Source of the DNA: a virus
Direction: 5' to 3' (one strand)
Length of the DNA: 64,000 nucleotides
Virus record (IMG/VR): IMGVR_UViG_3300025718_000001
Span: 1-64,000 of that record
Numbering within the stretch: position 1 is the first letter of the stretch; each line of letters opens with the position of its first letter. Of the stretch, positions 35,457 through 43,776 are shown one piece after another. A program made the position numbers and the translations under genes. The notes under the pieces are model-generated. The model searched no databases, was not told the origin of the DNA, and was given only the letters and a program-made list of their open reading frames with translations.

Positions 35457-35666
35457 TTAAATCTTTATCGAAGCGTCCAATTCCTTCTCAATACGCTCAA
35501 CTTCCTCCATCAATTCCACAAACCCCGATGCCTTAGAAATTCTGATTTGATGCCTAAGTAGAAACTTGTAGCACTGCCCTAATGTGAGTAAGTGGGCAAT
35601 CGTTGACATTACTTCCTCGCCCTTTTCGTCAAACTTAGGCGGGATACTTCGTGTGTTGACCATCAT
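35457..35666 (-). CDS. hypothetical protein; true start may be ATC at 35717
   Basis: The first ATG has no SD. The frame is open upstream to 35731, and GAGGAGG plus 8 nt precedes an in-frame ATC. Confidence 0.5.
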   Translation of the reverse strand: MMVNTRSIPPKFDEKGEEVMSTIAHLLTLGQCYKFLLRHQIRISKASGFVELMEEVERIEKELDASIKI

Positions 35667-35731
35667 TGAGTTAGTGTTAGACGTGATTGAGTATTTTTCG
35701 CCGATGTTAATACGGATAGGCTTGTCCTCCT

Positions 35732-35884
35732 CTACTTAATAAGTTTTCCTACATACACCTTGAGTTGCCCTTTGGATTGTTCGTCTACTGAGCTAGTTTT
35801 TGACTTAATCCTTTGAAGTTCTTGATACTTTAATCTCTTCGCTTGGTCCTTACGCACGAGATTACCTGCTTTCTGGTGATGCAA
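35732..35884 (-). CDS. 50-aa basic hypothetical protein
   Basis: TTG start follows AGGTGA plus 5 nt. Confidence 0.35.
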   Translation of the reverse strand: MHHQKAGNLVRKDQAKRLKYQELQRIKSKTSSVDEQSKGQLKVYVGKLIK

Positions 35885-35893
35885 TGGAATCAC

Positions 35894-36001
35894 CTACTTT
35901 TTCAAAACTGAGTTGAATAATTGGACATTACGTGGGTCACTGTGCTTGTCCACAACTACCTTGATGCCGTTTGAGCTAACATAGACAACTTGCTTTTTCA
36001 T
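35894..36001 (-). CDS. 35-aa hypothetical peptide
   Basis: ATG follows GAGGAA plus 7 nt. Confidence 0.4.
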   Translation of the reverse strand: MKKQVVYVSSNGIKVVVDKHSDPRNVQLFNSVLKK

Positions 36002-36020
36002 TTAAATTTCCTCGCTTTCC

Positions 36021-36170
36021 TTAAATTAATCTGAGCCCAGTTACTTCTTGGATAAGCCCGAATGCTTGATTGATATAGGAGATTACCTCAGGCTTGGTAA
36101 GATATGGCTTACCTTTAAGGATTGGCTTGGCTAATTCATGGAACATTGTCTCAGTCATTCTGTAGATCAT
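36021..36170 (-). CDS. 49-aa hypothetical protein
   Basis: ATG is adjacent to the upstream TAA. Confidence 0.4.
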   Translation of the reverse strand: MIYRMTETMFHELAKPILKGKPYLTKPEVISYINQAFGLIQEVTGLRLI

Positions 36171-36785
36171 TTAATTCACACTCGCTTTCTTTCCAATCGC
36201 CTCATCGTAGGCCACTTGGCACTCTTCCCTAGTCCTAAATATTTTGGAACATCCTACCTCGTATTTGTATTCCTGGTCGTGCATCCAGACGTGAATCCAT
36301 TTATGAACACTATTTATTTCGATCTGCAATCTTTCTACTTTACCCTCAACAATTTCATAAACGCTGTATTGCATCTTCTGACGCTTGGAGTAAGTTCCAC
36401 ATATAGGGCATTCAGCCTCCACTTCGACTGAATCAACGATAACTTTTACCTTGTGGCTGCTTTTGCACCTATCACATTTTTGAGTTAAGAATGTTTCATG
36501 AAGGAAGAAAACTTTATCGCCAACCGCACAATCGAACCAATATTCTCTTTGGGCAATCTTCGCGGCCTCCTTAAGTTGCTTTTCGTGAGTTGACTTCGTT
36601 ACCCTAACTTCATTCCTTAGCACACTGAGTTCGATTGATTGTGCTGCGTATTCGTGGTTGATAGATTCCAGCTCTTCGACAGTTTGCTTGATTTGGTTTT
36701 TGACTTCCTCGACAATTAGGTCGTTGATCTTCAAGGAAAATTCATCCGCTAATTCGTAGTCCTCGTAAAATTCATCTTCTTCCAA
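36171..36785 (-). CDS. coiled-coil plus zinc-ribbon protein (204 aa)
   Basis: ORF with CDRC...CPIC. Confidence 0.6.
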   Translation of the reverse strand: MEEDEFYEDYELADEFSLKINDLIVEEVKNQIKQTVEELESINHEYAAQSIELSVLRNEVRVTKSTHEKQLKEAAKIAQREYWFDCAVGDKVFFLHETFLTQKCDRCKSSHKVKVIVDSVEVEAECPICGTYSKRQKMQYSVYEIVEGKVERLQIEINSVHKWIHVWMHDQEYKYEVGCSKIFRTREECQVAYDEAIGKKASVN

Positions 36786-36790
36786 TTAGC

Positions 36791-37090
36791 TCACTCACTT
36801 TCAATTAATTTTGGTTCATCTTCCCCATTCGTTACACTTCCCTCAATAGTGACCTGCAAAAACTCCAAGTCCTGCACCTGCTTTTTCAATGCCGAAATCT
36901 TTTCACCGATCATTGAGTTGAGGAAGAATGCCGAACTAGCTTTGTGGGTTAATGAATGGTTATTAAACGCCTGATGAATGAACTGACGGCTAACTCCGTA
37001 CTTTTCGGCAATATCGCTACCATTGAACCCCGTCAACCTCTTGAATTCCTTTACTAATTCCTTCTCGATTGCTTTCCCCTCCCTTGACAA
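36791..37090 (-). CDS. HTH DNA-binding protein (start uncertain; an alternative TTG is at 37036)
   Basis: HTH SDIAEKYGVSRQFIHQAF. It is the first gene after the long early leader. Confidence 0.5.
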   Translation of the reverse strand: MSREGKAIEKELVKEFKRLTGFNGSDIAEKYGVSRQFIHQAFNNHSLTHKASSAFFLNSMIGEKISALKKQVQDLEFLQVTIEGSVTNGEDEPKLIESE

Positions 37091-37131
37091 AATCTTTCTT
37101 AAATATCCTTCCCTAAGACTTTATTGAATAT

Positions 37132-37164
37132 TTGTCAATGTTTATTACGAAAACCCATTGACAA
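37132..37164. promoter_or_regulatory. operator-like inverted repeat overlapping the -35 element
   Basis: TTGTCAATG, 15 nt, CATTGACAA. Confidence 0.45.
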
Positions 37165-37186
37165 GCATCTCGTAATTGAGTATATT
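37158..37186 (+). promoter_or_regulatory. near-consensus plus-strand promoter pointing toward cro (antisense) and the cI-like gene
   Basis: TTGACA, 17-nt spacer, TATATT. Confidence 0.6.
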
Positions 37187-37192
37187 GAACTC

Positions 37193-37490
37193 AGATAAAC
37201 AATTGCACAGCAAACAGACACATTGCGTTGTGCGAGAGTTTAACTTAGCCACTGGAAATGGCTAAACGTGTTCTGTGGTAGGAACAAATTACTAGAGCGT
37301 GGTTGCTCGGCATCGACATGCTCTCGGCTTTTCGATTACTGGTAATAATCGAATGACTGGGAGTGTGTCAAATCTCATTTTGATACATTGAATAAGAATC
37401 GACTCCCTTCTATTGCACTGGTAAGATGCGATGGAAGGCTAATTGAGGTTTGGGGTGCTTCTTGAAATGTAATAAAAAAATAAATCACCC
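37193..37490 (+). ncRNA. structured non-coding RNA or leader with three CUGG(U/A)AA-loop hairpins
   Basis: Hairpins at 37245-65, 37331-53 and 37406-38. Stems differ, loops are conserved, and G.U pairs exist only on the plus strand. No SD or ORF. Confidence 0.5.
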
Positions 37491-37503
37491 ATCCGGCACT
37501 TCT

Positions 37504-37701
37504 CTAATCTTCTTTGAATAAATCGGCCATAGTGCATCCGAGAACCTTCGCGATCTTCTCAAGAATCCTAACAGTGGGCATTTTCTTAGCTCCTAGAATT
37601 TCCGATATGGTAGCCGAGGAAACCCCAGCTAACTTAGCTAACTCGAATTGCTTAAGCCCCCTTTGATCCATGTACTTCTTGACGTTCTTTGCGACAATCA
37701 A
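37504..37701 (-). CDS. Cro-like XRE-family HTH regulator
   Basis: LKQFELAKLAGVSSATISEI. TTG at 37701 follows AAGGAGGTG plus 6 nt (the track ORF extends to 37746). Confidence 0.75.
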   Translation of the reverse strand: MIVAKNVKKYMDQRGLKQFELAKLAGVSSATISEILGAKKMPTVRILEKIAKVLGCTMADLFKED

Positions 37702-37809
37702 ATTTGTCACCTCCTTGACCTTTGTTAGCACGGTAATAACCATCACCTTTCTTTTAGCTTACAGCAAACATTCGGGTAAAAAATATATGTTTGCCTGTTT
37801 ATATTTATG

Positions 37810-37838
37810 ATTATATTAGCCACGTGCTAAGAAGTCAA
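37810..37838 (-). promoter_or_regulatory. leftward early promoter
   Basis: Minus strand TTGACT, 17-nt spacer, TATAAT. Followed by the inverted repeat GCAAACAT/ATGTTTGC. Confidence 0.65.
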
Positions 37839-37953
37839 GTCCCTGCATAGACTATTTTAATCATATGGCTAAAAGGATATTTTTTACCATTACTCGAATT
37901 GTTAGATTGGGGTATAATACGTTTGTATCTGTTGATTTAAGGGGGTGAACTAA

Positions 37954-38334
37954 TTGATTTTTGGGGAGAAAGTCAAGTATGTCCGGGAATTACGAAATCT
38001 AACACAGGCCGACCTTTCTGCTAAGTGTTCCCTAAGTATTCCTTTTATATCAGAAATTGAAACAGGGAAAAAGAGGCCCTCCACTAGGGCACTAGAGAGG
38101 ATAGCGAAGGCGTTAAATACTAATACTTGGTTCTTCCAAGATGATGCCGCTATTACCTTTAAGGAGATAAATAAACTATCCGATTATGAACCACCGGAAG
38201 GTATAGTTGAATTCTTTTCCCAAAAGGAAAGTTTGCCTTACGCAATATTAGCCAGAGAGTTAAGCGATGAAGGAATAGACCCCGAATTCCTTCGCGATCT
38301 ACTTGACTCAATCAGAAAAATGAAAGCAAAGTAA
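37954..38334 (+). CDS. CI-like XRE-family repressor
   Basis: LTQADLSAKCSLSIPFISEIETGKKRPS plus a C-terminal domain. TTG start follows AAGGGGGTG. Divergent from cro. Confidence 0.75.
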   Translation: MIFGEKVKYVRELRNLTQADLSAKCSLSIPFISEIETGKKRPSTRALERIAKALNTNTWFFQDDAAITFKEINKLSDYEPPEGIVEFFSQKESLPYAILARELSDEGIDPEFLRDLLDSIRKMKAK

Positions 38335-38350
38335 ACGCATGTATTATCTT

Positions 38351-38396
38351 TATAACCGACAATTCATGATAGAATTAGTCGGTTATAGTTATTTTT
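38351..38396 (+). terminator. terminator after the repressor gene
   Basis: TATAACCGAC...GTCGGTTATA followed by GTTATTTTT. Confidence 0.6.
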
Positions 38397-38568
38397 AATT
38401 GTAATTAGTCGAACTTAATATAATTTGTACTTAAATTTACAACTTATGGCATACGATTATAAAGGAGTCTAAATATACGTTCGCGAAGAAGTATAGGCAC
38501 GAAATAGTAGCACTAATGTTTCACTAAGTAGAACTGGTATTCTAAATAGCTGAAAGGAAGTATCAGGC

Positions 38569-38793
38569 ATGATAGTAGAAAAGGACCTAAAAGGGGTTTT
38601 TAAATGGATTGTAGTTGATGAAAATTCGGTTATTGTTGATCCTGTGTATATGGGGGAGTATCAGAATTCAATAAAAGGCAGTAGGGTACCATTATTCATG
38701 TGCCCTCACAAGATCATTATGTTAGTGGCCTGTATATCTGCCGCCATCTCATTACCCGTCCTCCATAGCCTATGCTCTTTGCATAAAAGCTGA
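38569..38793 (+). CDS. hypothetical protein (74 aa) with a hydrophobic C-terminus
   Basis: ORF with SD AAAGGAAG. Weak support. Confidence 0.35.
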   Translation: MIVEKDLKGVFKWIVVDENSVIVDPVYMGEYQNSIKGSRVPLFMCPHKIIMLVACISAAISLPVLHSLCSLHKS

Positions 38794-38998
38794 TAATTAA
38801 AAAGGAAAATACAATAACCCTGTCGAATTAAACTAAAAAAGGATATGGAAAAACCTCTTAGAATTCCCACCGGCAAGTGATATCCTAAGAGGTTCCAATA
38901 AGACAGGAAACATTCCTGTGTTTTATGCTGTTGATTAACATTATAAAGCACATTAGAACTTCTGTCCATTCCTTAATAGAATTGACGGGGGTTTTATT

Positions 38999-39388
38999 TT
39001 GTTCAGATTACCACGCCCACAGAAAAACTATACAGAAGTTCCTAACATTGTTTTTGATGAGCTAATACCCAACATATCCAATATGGCTGCGCTCAAATGT
39101 TACCTAATCTTAATTCGTAAGACATGGGGATGGGAAAAGATAGGTGACTATTTAGCTATGCCCCAATTAACCAAGCTCACGAAACTTTCAAGGCCCAGCG
39201 TAACAGCCGGGATGCGCTGGCTAGATAGCAGGGGTTATATTTGGATTGCAAAGGCAGGTGAACCTGGTCAAGAGAAGATTATGTATTTCCTTTGCACCGA
39301 GGAAACTGAACACCTTGAACGGTCCGTAAAAGAAGGGCTATTGAGTGCGGATACCCTCTATAAAATGATGATGAAAGAGCGAGAATAG
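38999..39388 (+). CDS. lambda-O-like replication initiator, N-terminal wHTH domain
   Basis: YTEVPNIVFDELI...LKCYLILIRKTWGWEKIGDYLAMPQLTKLTKLSRPSVTAGMRWLDSRGYI fits the Phage_rep_O pattern. Iterons follow. Confidence 0.7.
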   Translation: MFRLPRPQKNYTEVPNIVFDELIPNISNMAALKCYLILIRKTWGWEKIGDYLAMPQLTKLTKLSRPSVTAGMRWLDSRGYIWIAKAGEPGQEKIMYFLCTEETEHLERSVKEGLLSADTLYKMMMKERE

Positions 39389-39525
39389 TTATCCACATAC
39401 CCCGAAAGAATCTTTCCCCCTCCCCGAAAGAATTTTGCGGGGACCCCGAAAGAATCTTTCCCCACAAGAAATACTCTTTAAAACAGCTATCTTATTAATA
39501 ATACGCGCGAGGTAAGTTATCCACA
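39389..39525. other. candidate replication origin
   Basis: Perfect DnaA boxes TTATCCACA at 39389-97 and 39517-25 flank three iterons and an AT-rich stretch. Confidence 0.6.
39400..39459 (+). repeat. three direct iterons CCCCGAAAGAAT(C/T)TT at 22-bp phasing
   Basis: Copies start at 39400, 39422 and 39444. Confidence 0.75.
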
Positions 39526-39543
39526 GGAAAGGACGGTTTTATA

Positions 39544-40107
39544 GTGTATTTAACGCTTAAGCAATGTGCAGACCTAGCTAAAATTGGGGTAAGTAGCGCC
39601 CGCTTTTATAAAGATAAGCCAGAATTCAAACACTACTTCACTACGATCGGAGAAGGAAGGAACACGAAATATCAAGAAGGGTCTACGATAGAACTCCTCA
39701 CATTAATCAGTAAGTCTTACGCTGACAATTTAGACGCTGATCAAATCGTAGAAATACTAGAAAGTAGTTATGGAGTAGTAACTGATTTAGTGACCCAAGA
39801 AAAGAAAAATAATAGCACCACAGAACAACAAGAAGATTTAACGCACAGTATACGGGCTATTTTCAGTGAGGAATTAGGGAAGAGAGATCAACTTATCCTT
39901 GATTTACAAGAACAGCTTTCAGATAATCAACAAGAGCTTACCGACATAAAGCAATCCCTCGAATCACTCCACGAGAAGAGCGAGAACAGGGATAGGACCT
40001 CTTTACGGAGACATGAGGACATAACACTCATGATGAAAAATCTAATGGCAGAGAAGGAACGTATACAGCAACAACGAAAATGGTGGCACATATTTTCGGG
40101 GAAATAA
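39544..40107 (+). CDS. MerR-type HTH plus coiled-coil protein (DUF3967-like)
   Basis: LTLKQCADLAKIGVSSARFY, a long Q/E coiled coil, and a C-terminal KWWHIFSGK. Confidence 0.5.
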   Translation: MYLTLKQCADLAKIGVSSARFYKDKPEFKHYFTTIGEGRNTKYQEGSTIELLTLISKSYADNLDADQIVEILESSYGVVTDLVTQEKKNNSTTEQQEDLTHSIRAIFSEELGKRDQLILDLQEQLSDNQQELTDIKQSLESLHEKSENRDRTSLRRHEDITLMMKNLMAEKERIQQQRKWWHIFSGK

Positions 40108-40139
40108 ATCCATACTACTGTTGAGGAAAGATTAGAGAT

Positions 40140-40166
40140 ACCCGGCTGAAATATGCTGGGTTTTTG
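40140..40166 (+). terminator. intrinsic terminator
   Basis: ACCCGGC-tgaaatat-GCTGGGT followed by TTTTT. Confidence 0.55.
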
Positions 40167-40169
40167 CTA

Positions 40170-40480
40170 TGCCTAATTTTGGCAGGAATAATAGACGAAC
40201 GGTACGCCATACCTTTCAGTATCACCTAAACGTTGAATGAAACGGTCAACGGCTATCAATCTACACTAGGAGGTGAAAGCTTGTAACTAATCGGTAGTGA
40301 AAACGCTTTTGATGGCTCCTACCTTTTATCGCTAATAACTAGCGTATTGTTACATCAAGAGGGTGGTTGACATCACCCTGTTCTTCCCAGGATCATGCCT
40401 GAGAAGAAACGGCATGACGGTACTCTATTCCCATCTGCCTTAGATTCATAGCTCCAATTCTATCGTCATTTGATTGATAG
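40170..40480 (-). ncRNA. candidate TnpB omega RNA (reRNA); boundaries approximate
   Basis: Hairpins downstream of the tnpB stop: GGGTG..CACCC, CGCTA..TAGCG, CGTTGA..TCAACG and GGTA..TACC. Confidence 0.4.
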
Positions 40481-41514
40481 CCACATGATTTACAAGTGAA
40501 GCTATGTTTTTTCTTGTTGCGATTAGATCGCTCAGTATGACCGCACTTTGGGCATTTCTGACTTGTATATCTTGGATCAACTGCAATTGTCTGATTTCCT
40601 GCCAACATTGATTTATATTCAATCTTGCTTCTCATGTCAAGAAACGCCCAAGAAACGGAATAGTATCTGTCCTGACGTTTAACGCGTTCAGTAGCAGAAC
40701 GAATTCCTTTTAGATCCTCTAAGACTATAAGACTATTAGATCCCGCAAATTCAACGAGTGCCTTAGCAGTTTGATGATTAACATCTTGTTGCCAACGGTT
40801 TTCTCTATTACCAATCTTTCTTAATCGCCTGCGAGAGGATGGAGTTTTCTTTTGTTGTAGAGACTTCCTTATTCTCTTAAACTGAGCTTTTTTGTTCTTG
40901 ATATATCTACCACCAACGAAGAGGGTCTTGTTATTACTGTCAATGGCTGTGACAAGATAATTCATTCCAACATCAACACCTACAACATTTATGATGTCAT
41001 TATTGGGGCAGATTGCGAATTCCTTTTTAACAGATATATGGAGATAATATTTATCCTTCTTCTTAACTAGAGTACTTGCCCCATACTCCCAAGTTCCATC
41101 AAAATAGTCTTCCAATCCTTTGGCGACGTATGACATCTTAATTCTAGTGCCTATTGTCCCGATACTCAATGTACCGTCTTTGAGAAACGAATAGTCTCGA
41201 TTATAAGAATATTGGAGTTTTGGTTGTTTATAAACAGCCAAGGTGTTCTCTCCGTTCGATTTCATTGACGCATATGTCCCTGCTACCACTGAGCAGACGT
41301 TACAGGCCATCTGGGACTTCAATTGAAACTGTTCCCTAAGATCATAGTAGACTAACCCCTGCAACTTCTTAAATGCTGACAGTTGATTATTCTTAAATGC
41401 AATTTCACTAGCGAAATTCAAACCAGCTTTAACCTGTATTAATGTTTTATCTAACTGTCTTTTCTGCTCTTCATTTGGTAAAAGCTTAACCTTTGCAGTA
41501 ATAATAGCTTCCAT
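40393..41514 (-). CDS. tnpB: TnpB RNA-guided endonuclease (OrfB)
   Basis: RuvC-I VGVDVGMNY, RuvC-II VLEDLKG, zinc ribbon CPKCGH...CKSCGY and RuvC-III NDDRIGAMN. Confidence 0.9.
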   Translation of the reverse strand: MEAIITAKVKLLPNEEQKRQLDKTLIQVKAGLNFASEIAFKNNQLSAFKKLQGLVYYDLREQFQLKSQMACNVCSVVAGTYASMKSNGENTLAVYKQPKLQYSYNRDYSFLKDGTLSIGTIGTRIKMSYVAKGLEDYFDGTWEYGASTLVKKKDKYYLHISVKKEFAICPNNDIINVVGVDVGMNYLVTAIDSNNKTLFVGGRYIKNKKAQFKRIRKSLQQKKTPSSRRRLRKIGNRENRWQQDVNHQTAKALVEFAGSNSLIVLEDLKGIRSATERVKRQDRYYSVSWAFLDMRSKIEYKSMLAGNQTIAVDPRYTSQKCPKCGHTERSNRNKKKHSFTCKSCGYQSNDDRIGAMNLRQMGIEYRHAVSSQA

Positions 41515-41529
41515 GTTCTCTTCACCCCC

Positions 41530-41565
41530 CTTCAGTAACTACTATATTATACCATATTACTGAAG
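41530..41565. repeat. 9-bp inverted repeat in the tnpB/ftsK-like intergenic region
   Basis: CTTCAGTAA, 18 nt, TTACTGAAG. Encloses TGGTATAAT on the minus strand. Confidence 0.4.
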
Positions 41566-41603
41566 CGAATAGAAGTCCTAACGTTGAGTTGAAAGGAGAA
41601 AGA

Positions 41604-42959
41604 ATGAAAAAGCACAGCGACTTCTCTTCTGAAATTAAAGAGCAAATTATGAGAGCTATATACCGTGGACCAGATAACGAAATACCCTCTGCCATCTATG
41701 ATGCAATTTCTATCCTGTATGCTAGTTGCCCCCTTAAGCCATTCATTTTCAAGAAAACTCTTCTCTCCCCCAAGGAAAAACTAAAGCCTCAGCTACCCGA
41801 AAACCTCAATCCGCAAGAAATCCTCCACTGGATAATGCACAGACCAAAACTAAAGCAGACATGGTGCTTAGTGATTCACCTGCCGCCTGGAATAGACTTC
41901 ACTGAGTTCAAAAGTAGAGAACCCTACTTCTCCACAGCGATTGGCAACGGTTCATGCGAAATAGAGCGCAATGGAAAAGTTGTATTAATGACCATATCTA
42001 ATATATTACTCAATAAGTCATATCCTTTTGAGTTCGACCCATACCCATATCTAAAGAAAATGAGCTTGCCTATCCTCCTTGGCTATAGTGCAAGTGGTCC
42101 TATTATTGTAGATATGGCAGAGCTAGTGACTATTTTAACAGGAGGACTCAGGGGATCGGGCAAGTCAGTTTTATTCCACGGAGCTATATATAGTCTCCTA
42201 AGGCTTAACACCGACCTACTCAATCCTAAAGTAATTGTCTGTATCATCGACCCAAAGATTAAGGAATTCAAATACTTTGAGGAATATGGCGCAATATGGG
42301 TTCATGACATGGATGAAATACGGCAACTACTCGAAATGTTAGATGAAGAGAACGAACGCAGACAGGACTTAATCGGTGGCAAGGCTAACAACATCATTGA
42401 ATATCATGCGCTTGGAAAGAAGTTGCCTTTTGTTGTTGTGGTAGCAGATGAAGTAACTGACTTAGGCGAAGATAAGAATTGCAGGAAGTTAATGATTAAG
42501 GCAGTGCGCAAGTATCGTAGTCAAGGAATTTATGTATGGGCAGCTACGCAAAGGCCTTCCGCAAAAGCATGGGGAAGTTCAAACGAATTCAGCGAATTCA
42601 AGAGCCAGTTTGAATCAAGGGTATGCTTCAGGACCGCCGACCCTATTAACAGTCAAATGATATTGGATTCCAACCGTGCTAGTTCCCTTCCGAAGATCCC
42701 CGGTCGAGCCATCTATAAATTCAGCGAAGAGACTGAAATACAAGTTCCTTATTTTCCATCTAAGGCAAAGCATCCTAAACTATTTCACGAACTTATGGAC
42801 CAATTACCCAAAGTTGCACTTCCCTATCACAACATCGAAGGTGAGGTATATGATTATGAACCCAATTACCCACTCCAAAGGACGCAAAAGAGATCAGCAG
42901 GTCCTAGCGCATCTCGAAGCTTGCGGGGTCTTATCTCAGGAGCAAATACATTTGCTTGA
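41604..42959 (+). CDS. FtsK/SpoIIIE-family DNA translocase ATPase
   Basis: Walker A GGLRGSGKS, Walker B FVVVVADEV, and ATQRPS. ATG at 41604 follows AAAGGAGAA. Confidence 0.8.
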   Translation: MKKHSDFSSEIKEQIMRAIYRGPDNEIPSAIYDAISILYASCPLKPFIFKKTLLSPKEKLKPQLPENLNPQEILHWIMHRPKLKQTWCLVIHLPPGIDFTEFKSREPYFSTAIGNGSCEIERNGKVVLMTISNILLNKSYPFEFDPYPYLKKMSLPILLGYSASGPIIVDMAELVTILTGGLRGSGKSVLFHGAIYSLLRLNTDLLNPKVIVCIIDPKIKEFKYFEEYGAIWVHDMDEIRQLLEMLDEENERRQDLIGGKANNIIEYHALGKKLPFVVVVADEVTDLGEDKNCRKLMIKAVRKYRSQGIYVWAATQRPSAKAWGSSNEFSEFKSQFESRVCFRTADPINSQMILDSNRASSLPKIPGRAIYKFSEETEIQVPYFPSKAKHPKLFHELMDQLPKVALPYHNIEGEVYDYEPNYPLQRTQKRSAGPSASRSLRGLISGANTFA

Positions 42960-43554
42960 ATTCTGGAATGTCAGTAGGGAAATGTCCCATCGTTGCACTC
43001 AAAGGCTGGAAAGGGACCACCTTATTCGCAGGGTTAAAATGTCCTGGAGCGACATGCCCGATTGGTTTTATCTCTACGATGAGAAAAGACCGGATCAAAT
43101 TCAGCACAGGTTGGGCAAGTCTTGGATTTATACCGCATGGCATATGAAAGCATTAGATTCTTACGGAGTGCAATCTCTGACATACTTCAAATCAGAGAAC
43201 CGAAAGTTTTATGATAAGGACAAATCCCATCCTATCCCCGATTGCTATGGTGTAATGAACCATAAAGTGTATGGTAATATATTTAGCTTCGGAGAGTTCC
43301 AAGTCAATTCATCTTCTAACACATGGAATAAGGATTATCGCTCATTATTTGATACATTCGCATTGGATCAGTATCTTTCCTTGATGGTGGTAACAACGGA
43401 TTCGTTCGATACAATCAAGGCTAAGATGTACAGCGAGCTTTTGGGAAAGAAGAATATCAGGCTTGAATTCTATACCTTAGATAAATTAAGGGATCTATGT
43501 TGGAGAATTGTGCTTATAAAGAGAGAGGAACATCGACAAAAGGAGTTGACATAA
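42856..43554 (+). CDS. replication-relaxation (Replic_Relax)-like protein
   Basis: N-terminal wHTH RDQQVLAHLEACGVLSQEQI...RCTQRLERDHLIRR, later PIPDCYG. Overlaps the ftsK-like 3' end by about 100 nt. Confidence 0.5.
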   Translation: MNPITHSKGRKRDQQVLAHLEACGVLSQEQIHLLEFWNVSREMSHRCTQRLERDHLIRRVKMSWSDMPDWFYLYDEKRPDQIQHRLGKSWIYTAWHMKALDSYGVQSLTYFKSENRKFYDKDKSHPIPDCYGVMNHKVYGNIFSFGEFQVNSSSNTWNKDYRSLFDTFALDQYLSLMVVTTDSFDTIKAKMYSELLGKKNIRLEFYTLDKLRDLCWRIVLIKREEHRQKELT

Positions 43555-43776
43555 ATGAGTCCTGGAGAAATCGCAATCAAAAATATGTTTTTGGTTATGC
43601 AAATGGGCGCAGCGATATTTGTTTTCAATTGGGGATGCGACATATTCGGATTCGGCAGAGCTAAGATGGTTATTAGTATTTTAGGCATGGCCGCATTAGC
43701 CGCAATGATATTCAGTTCGTTGTCTGGATTTATGGGAGCTGCGGAAAGTATCAGTAAAGGAGTTTGGCCTAAATGA
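43555..43776 (+). CDS. small two-TM membrane protein (73 aa)
   Basis: Two hydrophobic helices. ATG follows the upstream TAA. Confidence 0.6.
   Translation: MSPGEIAIKNMFLVMQMGAAIFVFNWGCDIFGFGRAKMVISILGMAALAAMIFSSLSGFMGAAESISKGVWPK

Larger units (their letters stand above)
40170..41590 (-). mobile_element. IS200/IS605-family tnpB-only element (IS1341-like); ends not defined
   Basis: A lone tnpB in reverse orientation interrupts a plus-strand gene array. No tnpA is present. Confidence 0.5.

Noticed and set aside
38706-38969. 87-aa minus-strand ORF downstream of the repressor
   Set aside because: It has no SD, lies antisense to the local plus-strand flow, and overlaps a hairpin region (38853-97).
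39400-39459. Possible mini-CRISPR array
   Set aside because: There are only three 16-bp repeats with 6-nt gaps, no spacers of CRISPR length and no cas genes. The DnaA boxes and adjacent initiator gene fit iterons.
42676-42855. 5' extension of the Replic_Relax-like ORF
   Set aside because: The extension lies wholly inside the FtsK-like gene in another frame. A GGTGAGG SD precedes the ATGs at 42850 and 42856.
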